Source: Candidatus Bathyarchaeota archaeon
GTDB lineage: Archaea > Thermoproteota > Bathyarchaeia > Bathyarchaeales > Bathycorpusculaceae
NCBI GenBank assembly: GCA_963775895.1
Contig: CAVZKL010000019.1
Location: 1 to 64,000 of the forward strand
Direction of reading: 5' to 3'
Length of the DNA stretch: 64,000 bases
Shown: piece by piece, positions 23,073-32,406 of the stretch
How the letters are laid out: each line of letters starts with the position of its first letter
Position numbering within the stretch: the first letter of the stretch is position 1
Translations under genes and position numbers: made by a program
Notes under the pieces: model-generated
Database searches by the model: none
Seen by the model: the letters and a program-made list of their open reading frames with translations, nothing else
What the model was told of the DNA's origin: nothing

Positions 23073-23645
23073 TTAGAACGATTGTTTGAGAGCGTCAAAT
23101 ATCTCCTTTTCAACTTTTTCCACTGGCTTTCCAGCGTCAAGGATTCGCCATTTTCCCAACGAAGCCAGTGCAAGCGCTTTTCCTCTGATCTTCCGCAATT
23201 GCTCCAAGCTTTCAAACATCTCAAATCGGCTGCGAGTCTGCCGGATTCTTATTTCAGCCTCTTCAGGAAGCACGTCAAGAAAGAACATGTACTTCGACGT
23301 TGGAACAGTCAGAGCGAAAAAGTGGTACGCAACCATGTGAAGGGGCGACGGCAGGTAGGCCGTTCCCATGAGATACCGAACAAAAATGACGTAGTCATAC
23401 TCCTGCCACGAGTACATGATAATGGAACGGACCACATCGAGCATGTAGAAAAGCGCAGATGCGAAGTGAGCGTTCTTTCCTTTCTGGTAGAGAAATCTTC
23501 GCGCCTTTTTGCCGAAGAGATTGTCATTCGAAGGATGGATCCTCAGGAAGACTGTTTTGGCGTTATCTTCAAGTTTTCTATAGAGGCCGAATCCCTGCGT
23601 ACTCTTGCCTGATGCGTCTAACCCGTCGATGACTACGAGCACCAT
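23073..23645 (-). CDS. thymidylate kinase-like P-loop kinase (atypical)
   Basis: IDGLDASGKST P-loop; VRY in place of DRY; FFLDV.PE.A..RI. Confidence 0.75.
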   Translation of the reverse strand: MVLVVIDGLDASGKSTQGFGLYRKLEDNAKTVFLRIHPSNDNLFGKKARRFLYQKGKNAHFASALFYMLDVVRSIIMYSWQEYDYVIFVRYLMGTAYLPSPLHMVAYHFFALTVPTSKYMFFLDVLPEEAEIRIRQTRSRFEMFESLEQLRKIRGKALALASLGKWRILDAGKPVEKVEKEIFDALKQSF

Positions 23646-23649
23646 GTGG

Positions 23650-24363
23650 TCATAAGCCGCCTCCGAAGAGCAGAAACGTCAAAACGCTGAACGCGGGAAC
23701 CGTGAGATTGTCAAAACCCATCGGGGAAAAACCTTCTATCAGAGTGACGACTGCTGAAGCGGCAAATACGGCGAGGCCTTTTGATAAGAATGGAAATTGA
23801 TAAACGTGTGAAAAGAACATCATACCGAGTCCCAGACTTGCCAGGGAGACAAGAAACATGGCTATGGATCCTTCGAGGCTCTTCTTGGCCACTAGTTTGT
23901 ACTCGTGTTTGCCATACTTCTCGCCTATCATTGAGGCTGCAGCATCACCATAAGCCATCGGTAAGATGCCGGCGGCGACGAGGTAGGCTCTGTCAGCGAA
24001 AAGTAGAGCCAGACAAGTGTACGATATCGCGTAGAAGACCAAGCCCCATCGGTGTCCTTCCTCCGTCAAAACTGACAAGCCCTTCAGCCTATCGTTCAAG
24101 CCTTTGAACGGAGAATAGGGGGTGGCGAGAAAGGTAATCAGTATGAAGGGTGCCGCGACGAGAGTCGGAAAGATCTTGATCGAGAAAAAAGGAATTATGA
24201 ACGGAAGGTTTCCAATCATTATGTGCAAGAACTTTCTGGAGGTTTTCTGAGAGGTTTTAAGGATCTTGTCCAGTTTGCCAGAAACCCAGATAACTATGAG
24301 TATGTAAACGTAGCACAGTAACATCAGGAGAACGTTCCTCAGAGTCTCTTCGAGAACCGTCAA
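23650..24363 (-). CDS. phytol/dolichol kinase-like CTP-dependent isoprenoid alcohol kinase
   Basis: SRKFLHI, YGDAAASMIG..YG, KKSLEGS, GFDNLTVP. Confidence 0.82.
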   Translation of the reverse strand: MTVLEETLRNVLLMLLCYVYILIVIWVSGKLDKILKTSQKTSRKFLHIMIGNLPFIIPFFSIKIFPTLVAAPFILITFLATPYSPFKGLNDRLKGLSVLTEEGHRWGLVFYAISYTCLALLFADRAYLVAAGILPMAYGDAAASMIGEKYGKHEYKLVAKKSLEGSIAMFLVSLASLGLGMMFFSHVYQFPFLSKGLAVFAASAVVTLIEGFSPMGFDNLTVPAFSVLTFLLFGGGL

Positions 24364-24364
24364 G

Positions 24365-25225
24365 CTACCACAATGCCCCGGCTATGTAGGCGAAGAGTCC
24401 GAAAATGAACCAGACCAGTACGGTGTTCTTGACTCTTCTCGCGTTCTCTCTTGAACTATTCTTGAGGAGCATGAATGACCCTGTCACGAGTCCAACGTCG
24501 GTCACGGCGACGAATGGGATGAACCAGAAAGAAACCAGTCTCATTATCCATGGCAGCGGGCTCAACGAGACTGCGGCTAAATAGAAAAGCGCTGCGACGA
24601 TGGCGGTTTTCTTGTTGCCGTAACGGACTGCTAGGGTCTTGACGTTCTGTGTCTTGTCTCCTTCGACGTCGACGATGCCCTTCGTTATTTCTCTGCCAGT
24701 GTTTGAAAGGAAAGCCATGGACGCAAAGAGCAGAACGTTCAGTTTGACCTCGTTGGTCATTGCAATGCTGCCATACAGAAACGGTATGGCTACGCAAGCG
24801 CTTACGAGGAAGTTGCCGGGCAAGCCGCTTCTTTTTCCAACGGTCGTGTAGGCCACGAAAATAGCCCACGCCACCACCGCCGTGGCGAGACACAGTGGAT
24901 AAACAGGGTTCGTCAAAAAGGCCGCGAGAAATCCTACCGCAGTGAGGATAAGTGCAAAAGCTAGGGCTTCTTTCGGTTTGATCAACCCGCTCGGTATCGG
25001 CCGTTTAGGCTCGTTTATGGCGTCAATTTTGCGATCGTAATAATCGTTTATTGCCATCGAAGCGGCGGTTAACGCGAATCCAGTGACGAAACCGTCTAAA
25101 AGACTGGTCCAGCCTCGACTGAGCCCACTGAAGTCGGAGAGCATTCCTCCGACTATCACGGCTATGCCCATCATGACGCAGTTTATGGGTCGCGTTAAGC
25201 GTAGATAGCCGCTGACTTTGCTCAT
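24365..25225 (-). CDS. UbiA-family digeranylgeranylglyceryl-phosphate synthase
   Basis: LTRPIN, NDYYD.KIDAINEP.RPIPSG, REITKGIVDVEGD. Confidence 0.88.
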   Translation of the reverse strand: MSKVSGYLRLTRPINCVMMGIAVIVGGMLSDFSGLSRGWTSLLDGFVTGFALTAASMAINDYYDRKIDAINEPKRPIPSGLIKPKEALAFALILTAVGFLAAFLTNPVYPLCLATAVVAWAIFVAYTTVGKRSGLPGNFLVSACVAIPFLYGSIAMTNEVKLNVLLFASMAFLSNTGREITKGIVDVEGDKTQNVKTLAVRYGNKKTAIVAALFYLAAVSLSPLPWIMRLVSFWFIPFVAVTDVGLVTGSFMLLKNSSRENARRVKNTVLVWFIFGLFAYIAGALW

Positions 25226-25481
25226 GATTTTCCAAGCCTTGGCGGATTCTGTTCCATTCGTATGGTGCTGACTAAGTGTGTTCTACGCATTATAAAAGTC
25301 AATCTTCCCGTCTTTTTGTCCCTCAAGCCGCAAAGACCGTGATAATCATTCATTTGCGCCTTGCGCAATTGTGTGCTGTGGTTTTGGGAAGAGAATGCAT
25401 TCGAATAGGTTTCTTGTTTTGTTCAGTTAAGTTTAATACGACACATGCACGTAAATCATTGAAGTTTAATGGTGTCGCTGT

Positions 25482-26753
25482 ATGGCTGACGCTTCTGAAA
25501 TTGAAAAACTGAGAGTTATCATACCGGTGGGCGGCAAAGCTACTCGTTTGCTGCCGCTTACCGCTGAGACGAGCAAGGCGTGCATTCGTTTGCTGAACAG
25601 GCCTCTCATCGAGTTTTCTTTGTTGCCTCTGGCTCGTCAAGGAATAAAGAACTTCATTTTCGGAGTGAAGGGTTACACGAACTACAGGGATCTTCATGAT
25701 TATTTCGAGTCTGGCTATGGCTTTTCGGCTAGGTACGATATTGAACCGCGTGTTCACATTAAGTATCAACCGAACATCGAAGATGTGGGCAGCGCGGATT
25801 CTGCGTGCATCAACATGGATTATTATGATGTTACAGAACCTGTTTTTGCGGTTCAAGGTGACAATATTTTCGACGTTAACGTGAAAGATGTCATTGAATT
25901 TCACAAGAAAAAAGGCGCGGTCATGACGATTGCGCTGCGAAGGGTCGAAAATGTTGAAGGATTCGGGATAGCCGACGTTAACAAGGACATGCGGATTTCA
26001 CGTTTTGTTGAAAAACCCTCGCCCAAGGAGGCCCCTTCAGACTTGGCTAACACGGGTTTGTACATGGTCTCCCCAGAAATACGCAAAATCTTCAAAGAAA
26101 AGGGCGTGAAAGACATAATCAAGGAAAAGCACCGCCTCGACTTTGGCTACGACTTCATTCCGTACTTGATCAGTACTGGAAGACCCGTCTACGGTTACAC
26201 TCTGAAGGGAAGCTGGTTCGACGTTGGCTCACCCAAGAGATATCTCGAGGCCATGCAGGACATGCTTCACGGAAAGTTTGCACCGCTCACCGATTTCGGC
26301 GGAAGACTGGATGGAGAACAAAAAGTGTGGGTTCAAGGCGAAAGTTCTGAATCCATGAAGAGAAGGCAACAAATAATTAGGAAAATCGAAAAGGGAAAAA
26401 TCGAAGTCCAAGGCGCAGTTCTCATAGGGAGACATTGTGAAATCGGGGACGGCGTGAAAATCGTCAACTCCTGTATCGATAACTACACCAAGATTGGCGA
26501 TGGCACCCAGATAGAGGGATCCGCAATTATGGATCGTGTAATCGTCGGAGACAAGGCGCAAATCTTGCAAAGCGTCGTGGGACGACACGTAAAAGTGATG
26601 TCAAACTCTCATAAACCCACCATAATTGAATGTGTTTCAACCGTGGCTGATGACGTGATAATAGAAGAAGGATGCAGTCTTTCCGCGACGAAGATATACC
26701 CTCATCAATACGTGAGAGGGGTCTTCACGAATCAGACTCTAATGCCGAGCTGA
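25482..26753 (+). CDS. NDP-sugar pyrophosphorylase with C-terminal LbH domain
   Basis: GGKATRLLPLT, GSADS, FVEKP, WFDVG, hexapeptide repeats. Confidence 0.88.
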   Translation: MADASEIEKLRVIIPVGGKATRLLPLTAETSKACIRLLNRPLIEFSLLPLARQGIKNFIFGVKGYTNYRDLHDYFESGYGFSARYDIEPRVHIKYQPNIEDVGSADSACINMDYYDVTEPVFAVQGDNIFDVNVKDVIEFHKKKGAVMTIALRRVENVEGFGIADVNKDMRISRFVEKPSPKEAPSDLANTGLYMVSPEIRKIFKEKGVKDIIKEKHRLDFGYDFIPYLISTGRPVYGYTLKGSWFDVGSPKRYLEAMQDMLHGKFAPLTDFGGRLDGEQKVWVQGESSESMKRRQQIIRKIEKGKIEVQGAVLIGRHCEIGDGVKIVNSCIDNYTKIGDGTQIEGSAIMDRVIVGDKAQILQSVVGRHVKVMSNSHKPTIIECVSTVADDVIIEEGCSLSATKIYPHQYVRGVFTNQTLMPS

Positions 26754-26816
26754 GACTAAGCAGAAAATGCGTGTTCTACCGTTTATCGAAGCCATTTTGG
26801 GAATTGAGGCTTCTAA

Positions 26817-27293
26817 ATGAATGTCGACCTGTGCGAGATTCGACGGAAAACAGTTCCTGTGGGTGAGTACATCCTCAGCTTGGAACCAGTTTTCAAGGAC
26901 AAATTTCTAGTGAAAAAGCACGTTTATGAATTGCAGCATGATGCCGTAGAGGAACTGCGAAAGGCGGCAGACTGCTTCCTCGTCATAGTCTTCTCCGCTG
27001 GATGGTGCAAAGACTGCGCTGAACAAATTCCAGTCTTGGCACTCCTGGCCGAGGCCACTGGTCTGGAGGTTAGAGTGTTCGGCGGGCTCAAAAAAGATCC
27101 GTTGAGTCACACCAGTAAATGGAGGATTCCGCCATCACCGCCTGAAGTAACAGCATTTGAAGTCAACGCGATCCCTTTGATGGTAGTTGTTGACTCGAGT
27201 GGCAACGAAATTGGGCGAATAGTTGAGAAACCAAAGATGAAGCCCACGCTTGAACAAGAGCTCCTCGAAATCGTTAAATCTCGACCACGCTGA
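26817..27293 (+). CDS. thioredoxin-fold protein
   Basis: WCKDC active site, IP cis-Pro region, EIGRIVE.P. Confidence 0.82.
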   Translation: MNVDLCEIRRKTVPVGEYILSLEPVFKDKFLVKKHVYELQHDAVEELRKAADCFLVIVFSAGWCKDCAEQIPVLALLAEATGLEVRVFGGLKKDPLSHTSKWRIPPSPPEVTAFEVNAIPLMVVVDSSGNEIGRIVEKPKMKPTLEQELLEIVKSRPR

Positions 27294-27315
27294 CCATTTC
27301 AATGCGGCGTCAATA

Positions 27316-28089
27316 ATGAGCGTGTACGAAAAATTCGCGCAATTTTATGATTTGATCTACAAAGACATAGTGAACTATTCTCGAGAAACAGACGAGTTCG
27401 AGACACTATTCAAACGGTTTTCCAAGAAGAGACCAGAGAGCATTCTGGATGTCGGTTGCGGCACTGGGTCGCACTCTCTTCTTCTGTCAAAACGAGGATA
27501 TACTGTGACGGGAATCGACATTTCAGAAAGAATGATCGCACTAGCCAAGAACAAAGCATCAAAGGAGGGGCTGAAGGTTGATTTTTCTGTTCAGGACATG
27601 CGTAAGCTTGATCTCGGCAAGAGATTCGATTGTGCCCTGTGCGCCTTTGGAGGATTTGGTTACCTGCTAACGTTTGAAGATCTCAGGGAATTCTTGTCCC
27701 ATCTGAAGATGCATCTGAAACCTGACGGTCTGTTCATGTTTGAATTCTGGAACGTTGGCGGGGTCAGGCCTTCGCCTCTCAAGAGTTGGCTCAAAGTTCA
27801 AACTGGGACTCTTGTCTTGTACAGACTTTCAGAGTCAAACTTTGACCCGCTCACCAACGTCCTTGCGATAGACTTCCATTTCATTGAGCTTCACAAGAAG
27901 AAGCTTGGAGAAACTTTCAGCGAAACCCACAAGATAAGGTGCTACACTCTGCCTGAAATGAAGAAGTATCTTGAAGATAACGGTTTCAAACTCGTTGAAG
28001 CGTTTGACTGGAACGCAAGAGACACGAAGGATTTTAAACCGCCCGAAAAGGATTCGTTCAGGATTTTAACAGTGGCCAGACGAGTCTAG
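27316..28089 (+). CDS. class I SAM-dependent methyltransferase
   Basis: FAQFYD, LDVGCGTG, GIDISERM, QDMR. Confidence 0.88.
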   Translation: MSVYEKFAQFYDLIYKDIVNYSRETDEFETLFKRFSKKRPESILDVGCGTGSHSLLLSKRGYTVTGIDISERMIALAKNKASKEGLKVDFSVQDMRKLDLGKRFDCALCAFGGFGYLLTFEDLREFLSHLKMHLKPDGLFMFEFWNVGGVRPSPLKSWLKVQTGTLVLYRLSESNFDPLTNVLAIDFHFIELHKKKLGETFSETHKIRCYTLPEMKKYLEDNGFKLVEAFDWNARDTKDFKPPEKDSFRILTVARRV

Positions 28090-28643
28090 GCCCTGAACCA
28101 CTTGAAAATCAAATATCTGACTTTCCTTTTTTCAAGGTTGGGCGTCGCTATTATGAATCTTTTTCTCACGGTCGTTGCCAGCCGTCCAGCTTTAACGATT
28201 TCCGTGGCCGTTATCATCGACTCTGTCTTTTTAACTGAAACCATGTACGGCGCGTGCTCAACCCCAGGACCGTGCTTGTACACTGCGAAGTCGCATCCGA
28301 ACTTTATCCCTGGCGTGACGATCAGGCCGTTATCTCTTAGATCGCGGTAGACCGAGTATTTTTCATCGAACTCTTCGTAAAGGTTCTTTGCGGTTTTGCT
28401 GAGTCTTCTTACTCCAACTTTGGTTTTCTTCGGGCCCTCGACCACCGTTATCGCTTCTTTTTCAAGCAGGTACAGTCCTTCCATTAGGTCAAGAATGAGT
28501 GGGACGTTGAATTCTGGGATTTTTGGTTTGGCAATTCCGAGTGGTTTGCCGTAGAAGCCTCTTTTGTAAAGTTCTGAGCCTTCTGTCGGGTTCCATACGA
28601 CCAAGAAGTTCTCGATGAGTTCTACGCCGATTTTCTTGGGCAT
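28086..28643 (-). CDS. endA: tRNA-intron endonuclease catalytic subunit
   Basis: VYRDLR..G, GIKFG.DFAVY..GPG.EHAPY, GRLATTVRK. Confidence 0.92.
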   Translation of the reverse strand: MPKKIGVELIENFLVVWNPTEGSELYKRGFYGKPLGIAKPKIPEFNVPLILDLMEGLYLLEKEAITVVEGPKKTKVGVRRLSKTAKNLYEEFDEKYSVYRDLRDNGLIVTPGIKFGCDFAVYKHGPGVEHAPYMVSVKKTESMITATEIVKAGRLATTVRKRFIIATPNLEKRKVRYLIFKWFRA

Positions 28644-28658
28644 CCACTGGCTCGCCTG

Positions 28659-29318
28659 TTACATCATGAAGGAAAGAATTCGTGTGGCGTCAGCTGCATC
28701 TTCAGACTTGTCCGCCGAGTCTTCTAGGAGTTGGGTCACGTCTCTTAGCAGTATGAGGGCCGGGAGGTCCATCTTGCTGGTTAGAATTTTTATCTCAAGT
28801 TCACGGTAGATCGTGTCGACCTTGCGTTCAGCAATTTCAACTTCTTTTGCTTTTTCCATCGTTTTTGATGCACCATAGTTGAGGACCATGACTGTTTCTC
28901 TGAGTCTCAGCACAGTTTCAAAAACTGCTTCAGAGAGTTTAAGCAATTCCTTCTTTATGTCCATTGAAACGTTCCAGCGGTGGATTGTGATTTCATTCAG
29001 GCGAAAGGCTATGCCTTCGGAGAAGTCTGCTATCTCGCTTGTCAGGTTCGTGAATCTGAGAAAGTCTTCCCTGCTGAGCAGGATTGCGCCTATCTCCGCC
29101 AGTTCCTGAGATACGAGTCGTCTGGCTTTGTCGACTTCTTCTTCTCCGTTTCTTATTTCGTCGTAGAGTTCTTTTGTCTTCTCTTTGTCGTTTTTCATGA
29201 AAAACTCTATCATCTGGGGGACTTTCCTAGTTTGGTCCAACACTCTTCGTAAGTGTTCTTGGCAAACGCTTAGCGCTCTTCTCTTCACGCGTTCTTCGGT
29301 TTCCGCTGGTAGGACCAA
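28659..29318 (-). CDS. DUF47/PhoU-like protein
   Basis: REDFLR..., E.KVD.IYR, LEDSADKSEDAAD helical pattern. Confidence 0.82.
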   Translation of the reverse strand: MVLPAETEERVKRRALSVCQEHLRRVLDQTRKVPQMIEFFMKNDKEKTKELYDEIRNGEEEVDKARRLVSQELAEIGAILLSREDFLRFTNLTSEIADFSEGIAFRLNEITIHRWNVSMDIKKELLKLSEAVFETVLRLRETVMVLNYGASKTMEKAKEVEIAERKVDTIYRELEIKILTSKMDLPALILLRDVTQLLEDSADKSEDAADATRILSFMM

Positions 29319-29400
29319 ACTCTTTCCGCCCGCACAACAGGGTAACTCTTTCTATGCTCAAATGGGCCGTACTCTTATAAAAATTAGCGAATGATAGATT

Positions 29401-31176
29401 TCAAACAGACGTGCCCAGCTGGTCAAAACTGATTTTCCGCCTAAAATACTGATGCAGAAGCCTCGGTAATTCGTCGATTTTGGTTCTCACCTGTTTCCAA
29501 GAGTCTCGGTCACGTACTGTGACGGTGTCGTCATTTAGAGTGTCATAATCAACTGTGATGCCTAATTGGACTCCTGTCTCGTCCGCGCGAGCATATCTTC
29601 TGCCAATCGAACCTGACTCATCATACTCAGTCAGGAACCCCTCGTCTGTAAGCTTCTTTTGCACCTCCAACGTTTTCTCTGGCAGTCCGTCTTTGCTCAT
29701 CAGGGGGTAAACTGCTACCTGAATGGGCGCGATGTCTCTCGGAAAGCTCATAATCACTCGGTCGTCCTTCAATTGGTAAGCGTATTCTAAGGCAACGTAC
29801 AGAAGCCTGTCTATACCAAAACTGGGTTCAACGACGTGAGGAACAAAGTGCCTTCCTCTTTCAACAGTCTTCCTGCGTTGAATGTCTACGTGCTCGGGGA
29901 GAATCTTGAATTTTCCAAGCATGTAGAAACCGTTCTTCTTCAAAGAAGCCTCGAGTTCCTTCGCGTCGACTTTGGCGAGTAGATCTGCCACTCCTGCGGC
30001 TTCGCCTTTAAAGATCGGGCCCAGCCTAGCCATTACGGGTTTGGCTGTGAACTCTTCTTTCTCCATTGGTTTTTCATATTCCTTGAAAACTCGCATGTCT
30101 GCGCCAGTGTGTTGCATGTGGCTTTTCAGATCGTAGTCTGACCTGTCAGCGTGGCCAGAAACTTCGAGCCAACCCCATCGGTCAACGAGGACTTGTTGAT
30201 CGAAGCTCTGGCTTGAATAGTGGGCTCTTTCCCACGGGAATTTTTCAATGAATCTCTGTCTGTCTTCGGGAACTCCCAGCTCTACGAGCAGTCGCTTGGC
30301 ATAAGCCATAAAAACGGCTTGCCACTCAAGTTTAACAAGTCCTCGATTCAACGCTTCCTCCACCGTGACTTCTGTGATTTTCTCTGAATCCTTCTCTCTT
30401 GTCTCTGTCGTGAGGAAGCGCAATTTCTCGTCTTTGACGTCTTTCAGAAGGTGACAATCGGGCTCTTCTGGGTCGTAGAAGAACTCCAGGTCTGCTATCG
30501 TGAATTCTCGTACTCTTATCAAACCCTGTCTGGGTGAAATCTCGTTTCTTAAAGCGTGCCCAATTTGCAGGACGCCGAAGGGGAGCTTCTCTCTTGCCAG
30601 TCCGAAAAACCGGTTGAACTCTACGAAGATGCCCTGTGCAGCTTCGGGTCTTCCGTAGCCGACTGCCTTGGAGTATGGGCCGATGGTGGTTTTGAACATG
30701 GTGAGAAACGTCTCGGGTGGTCTGAATGTTCCTCCACAGTCTGGGCATCGGATCTTGTTCTTTTCTAATGCCTCACCTATTTCTTGGAGGCTCAGCTTCT
30801 CAGCTTCTGCTTCGCTCAGTCCTGCTAATTCTTCAAGCAGATGATCGGCCCTGAACCTTTTTCCACATTTCGTGCACTCGACAAGGGGTTCTTTGAAGTG
30901 GCTAACATGGCCCGAGGCTTCAAAAACTTCGGCGGGGGTAATTATGGGCGATTCCGTCTCGAGGATTCCCAGTCTGTTCACGAACAGTTCTCGGAGCTTC
31001 TTTTCTATGTTCTGTTTCAATCGAGCACCTGGTTCGCCGTAGGTTACGAAACCGCTAACGCCGCCATAGATCTCGTAGGACTGCCAGAAGAAGCCTCGGC
31101 GACGGGCTAGTTCGTTGATGGCTGTGAACTTGTCTGGTGCTTTGGATTTCCTCCGCCATTTTATCAGCCTTCTCAT
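29401..31176 (-). CDS. glyS: glycine--tRNA ligase (archaeal/eukaryotic type)
   Basis: RRGFFW..YEIYGG, RPEAAQGIF, RNEISPRQG, PHVVEPSFGIDR. Confidence 0.95.
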   Translation of the reverse strand: MRRLIKWRRKSKAPDKFTAINELARRRGFFWQSYEIYGGVSGFVTYGEPGARLKQNIEKKLRELFVNRLGILETESPIITPAEVFEASGHVSHFKEPLVECTKCGKRFRADHLLEELAGLSEAEAEKLSLQEIGEALEKNKIRCPDCGGTFRPPETFLTMFKTTIGPYSKAVGYGRPEAAQGIFVEFNRFFGLAREKLPFGVLQIGHALRNEISPRQGLIRVREFTIADLEFFYDPEEPDCHLLKDVKDEKLRFLTTETREKDSEKITEVTVEEALNRGLVKLEWQAVFMAYAKRLLVELGVPEDRQRFIEKFPWERAHYSSQSFDQQVLVDRWGWLEVSGHADRSDYDLKSHMQHTGADMRVFKEYEKPMEKEEFTAKPVMARLGPIFKGEAAGVADLLAKVDAKELEASLKKNGFYMLGKFKILPEHVDIQRRKTVERGRHFVPHVVEPSFGIDRLLYVALEYAYQLKDDRVIMSFPRDIAPIQVAVYPLMSKDGLPEKTLEVQKKLTDEGFLTEYDESGSIGRRYARADETGVQLGITVDYDTLNDDTVTVRDRDSWKQVRTKIDELPRLLHQYFRRKISFDQLGTSV

Positions 31177-31274
31177 TAAGTAAACGTCTCTCAGACTTTA
31201 ATCTTGCTAGAAGCGCGTTTCGTAGAGCAAACCTGAGGAGCAAAATTTAAGGCTAATGACAAATTGAAGAGTAG

Positions 31275-32330
31275 GTGGCGGTTTGCTTGACTAAAGAAGT
31301 TCAGCTTCTCGAAAAACTGTCCAACGCCTTCGGTCCTTCAGGGCTTGAGGAAGATGTCGTCAGAATACTGCGCAAGGAACTTGAAAAGCACGCGGATGAG
31401 ACTCAAGTTGACAAGCTTGGAAACATCATCTTCTACCACAAGGGAAAGAAGGGCTATCCACGGGTGATGCTTTGCGCTCACATGGACGAAGTGGGTTTCA
31501 TAACTACCTATGTTGAAGATAACGGTTTTCTACGTTTTGATACGCTTGGAGGAATAACCAACAACGTCATACCTGGTCAGAGAGTTCTCTTTAAGGGCGA
31601 GAAGGGTTTTCTAAGAGGAATCGTCGGCACTAAACCTCCGCACATCATGACACCTGAGGAAATCAACAGAATCATACCCAAAGAAGACTTGTTCATCGAC
31701 GTGGGAGCGGACAACCTTGCCCAGGCAAACGCAAAGGGTGCCGACGTAGGAATGATGGGCGTTTTCGATGTCGAGTTTCTTGATCTAGGAGATGGATACT
31801 TTAGAGGAAAGGCTTTTGATGACAGAGCCGGTTGCGTCGTTCTAACAGAAGTCTTCAAGGCACTGCAGGATTCCCCGTACAACATCGCTGCGGTGGGATC
31901 CGTGCAAGAAGAGTTGGGGATTCGAGGGGCGAAGACTGCTGCTTGGCAAGTGAATCCTGACTATGGGCTTGCGTTGGAAGGAACCTTCGTTGCAGATGTT
32001 CCTGGCACCAGACCAGATCGCGTGTCCTCAAAAATAAAGGGTGGACCCGTTTTGACCATTATGGACAGAACATCGTTTACGCATCCTCATGTTCTGAAGA
32101 CTCTGATAAGAGCTGGGAGGGGGAACTCCATACCTTTCCAATTCAAGAAGGTGCCAGTGGGCGGAACAGACGCAGGCGCAATTCACCTCACAAAAGCAGG
32201 CGTTCCAAGCGGAACGGTTGCCGTGCCCTGTAGGTACATTCATGGACCGGCTTCAATCATTCATATCGATGATTTGAAGAATACGATAAGGCTCGTGACA
32301 GAGTTCGTCAAAGCCATATCGGCGAAATAA
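31275..32330 (+). CDS. M42 family (TET) aminopeptidase
   Basis: AHMDEVG, KAFDDR.G, QEE.G.RGA, GGTDAG, RYIH. Confidence 0.92.
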   Translation: MAVCLTKEVQLLEKLSNAFGPSGLEEDVVRILRKELEKHADETQVDKLGNIIFYHKGKKGYPRVMLCAHMDEVGFITTYVEDNGFLRFDTLGGITNNVIPGQRVLFKGEKGFLRGIVGTKPPHIMTPEEINRIIPKEDLFIDVGADNLAQANAKGADVGMMGVFDVEFLDLGDGYFRGKAFDDRAGCVVLTEVFKALQDSPYNIAAVGSVQEELGIRGAKTAAWQVNPDYGLALEGTFVADVPGTRPDRVSSKIKGGPVLTIMDRTSFTHPHVLKTLIRAGRGNSIPFQFKKVPVGGTDAGAIHLTKAGVPSGTVAVPCRYIHGPASIIHIDDLKNTIRLVTEFVKAISAK

Positions 32331-32406
32331 GTTCGTTTTGGAGAGTGGTATCTGTATTGCGTGGGGGAAGCAGCGTAGCCTTTTTTAAGGCTCGGCAAAT
32401 AAGAGC

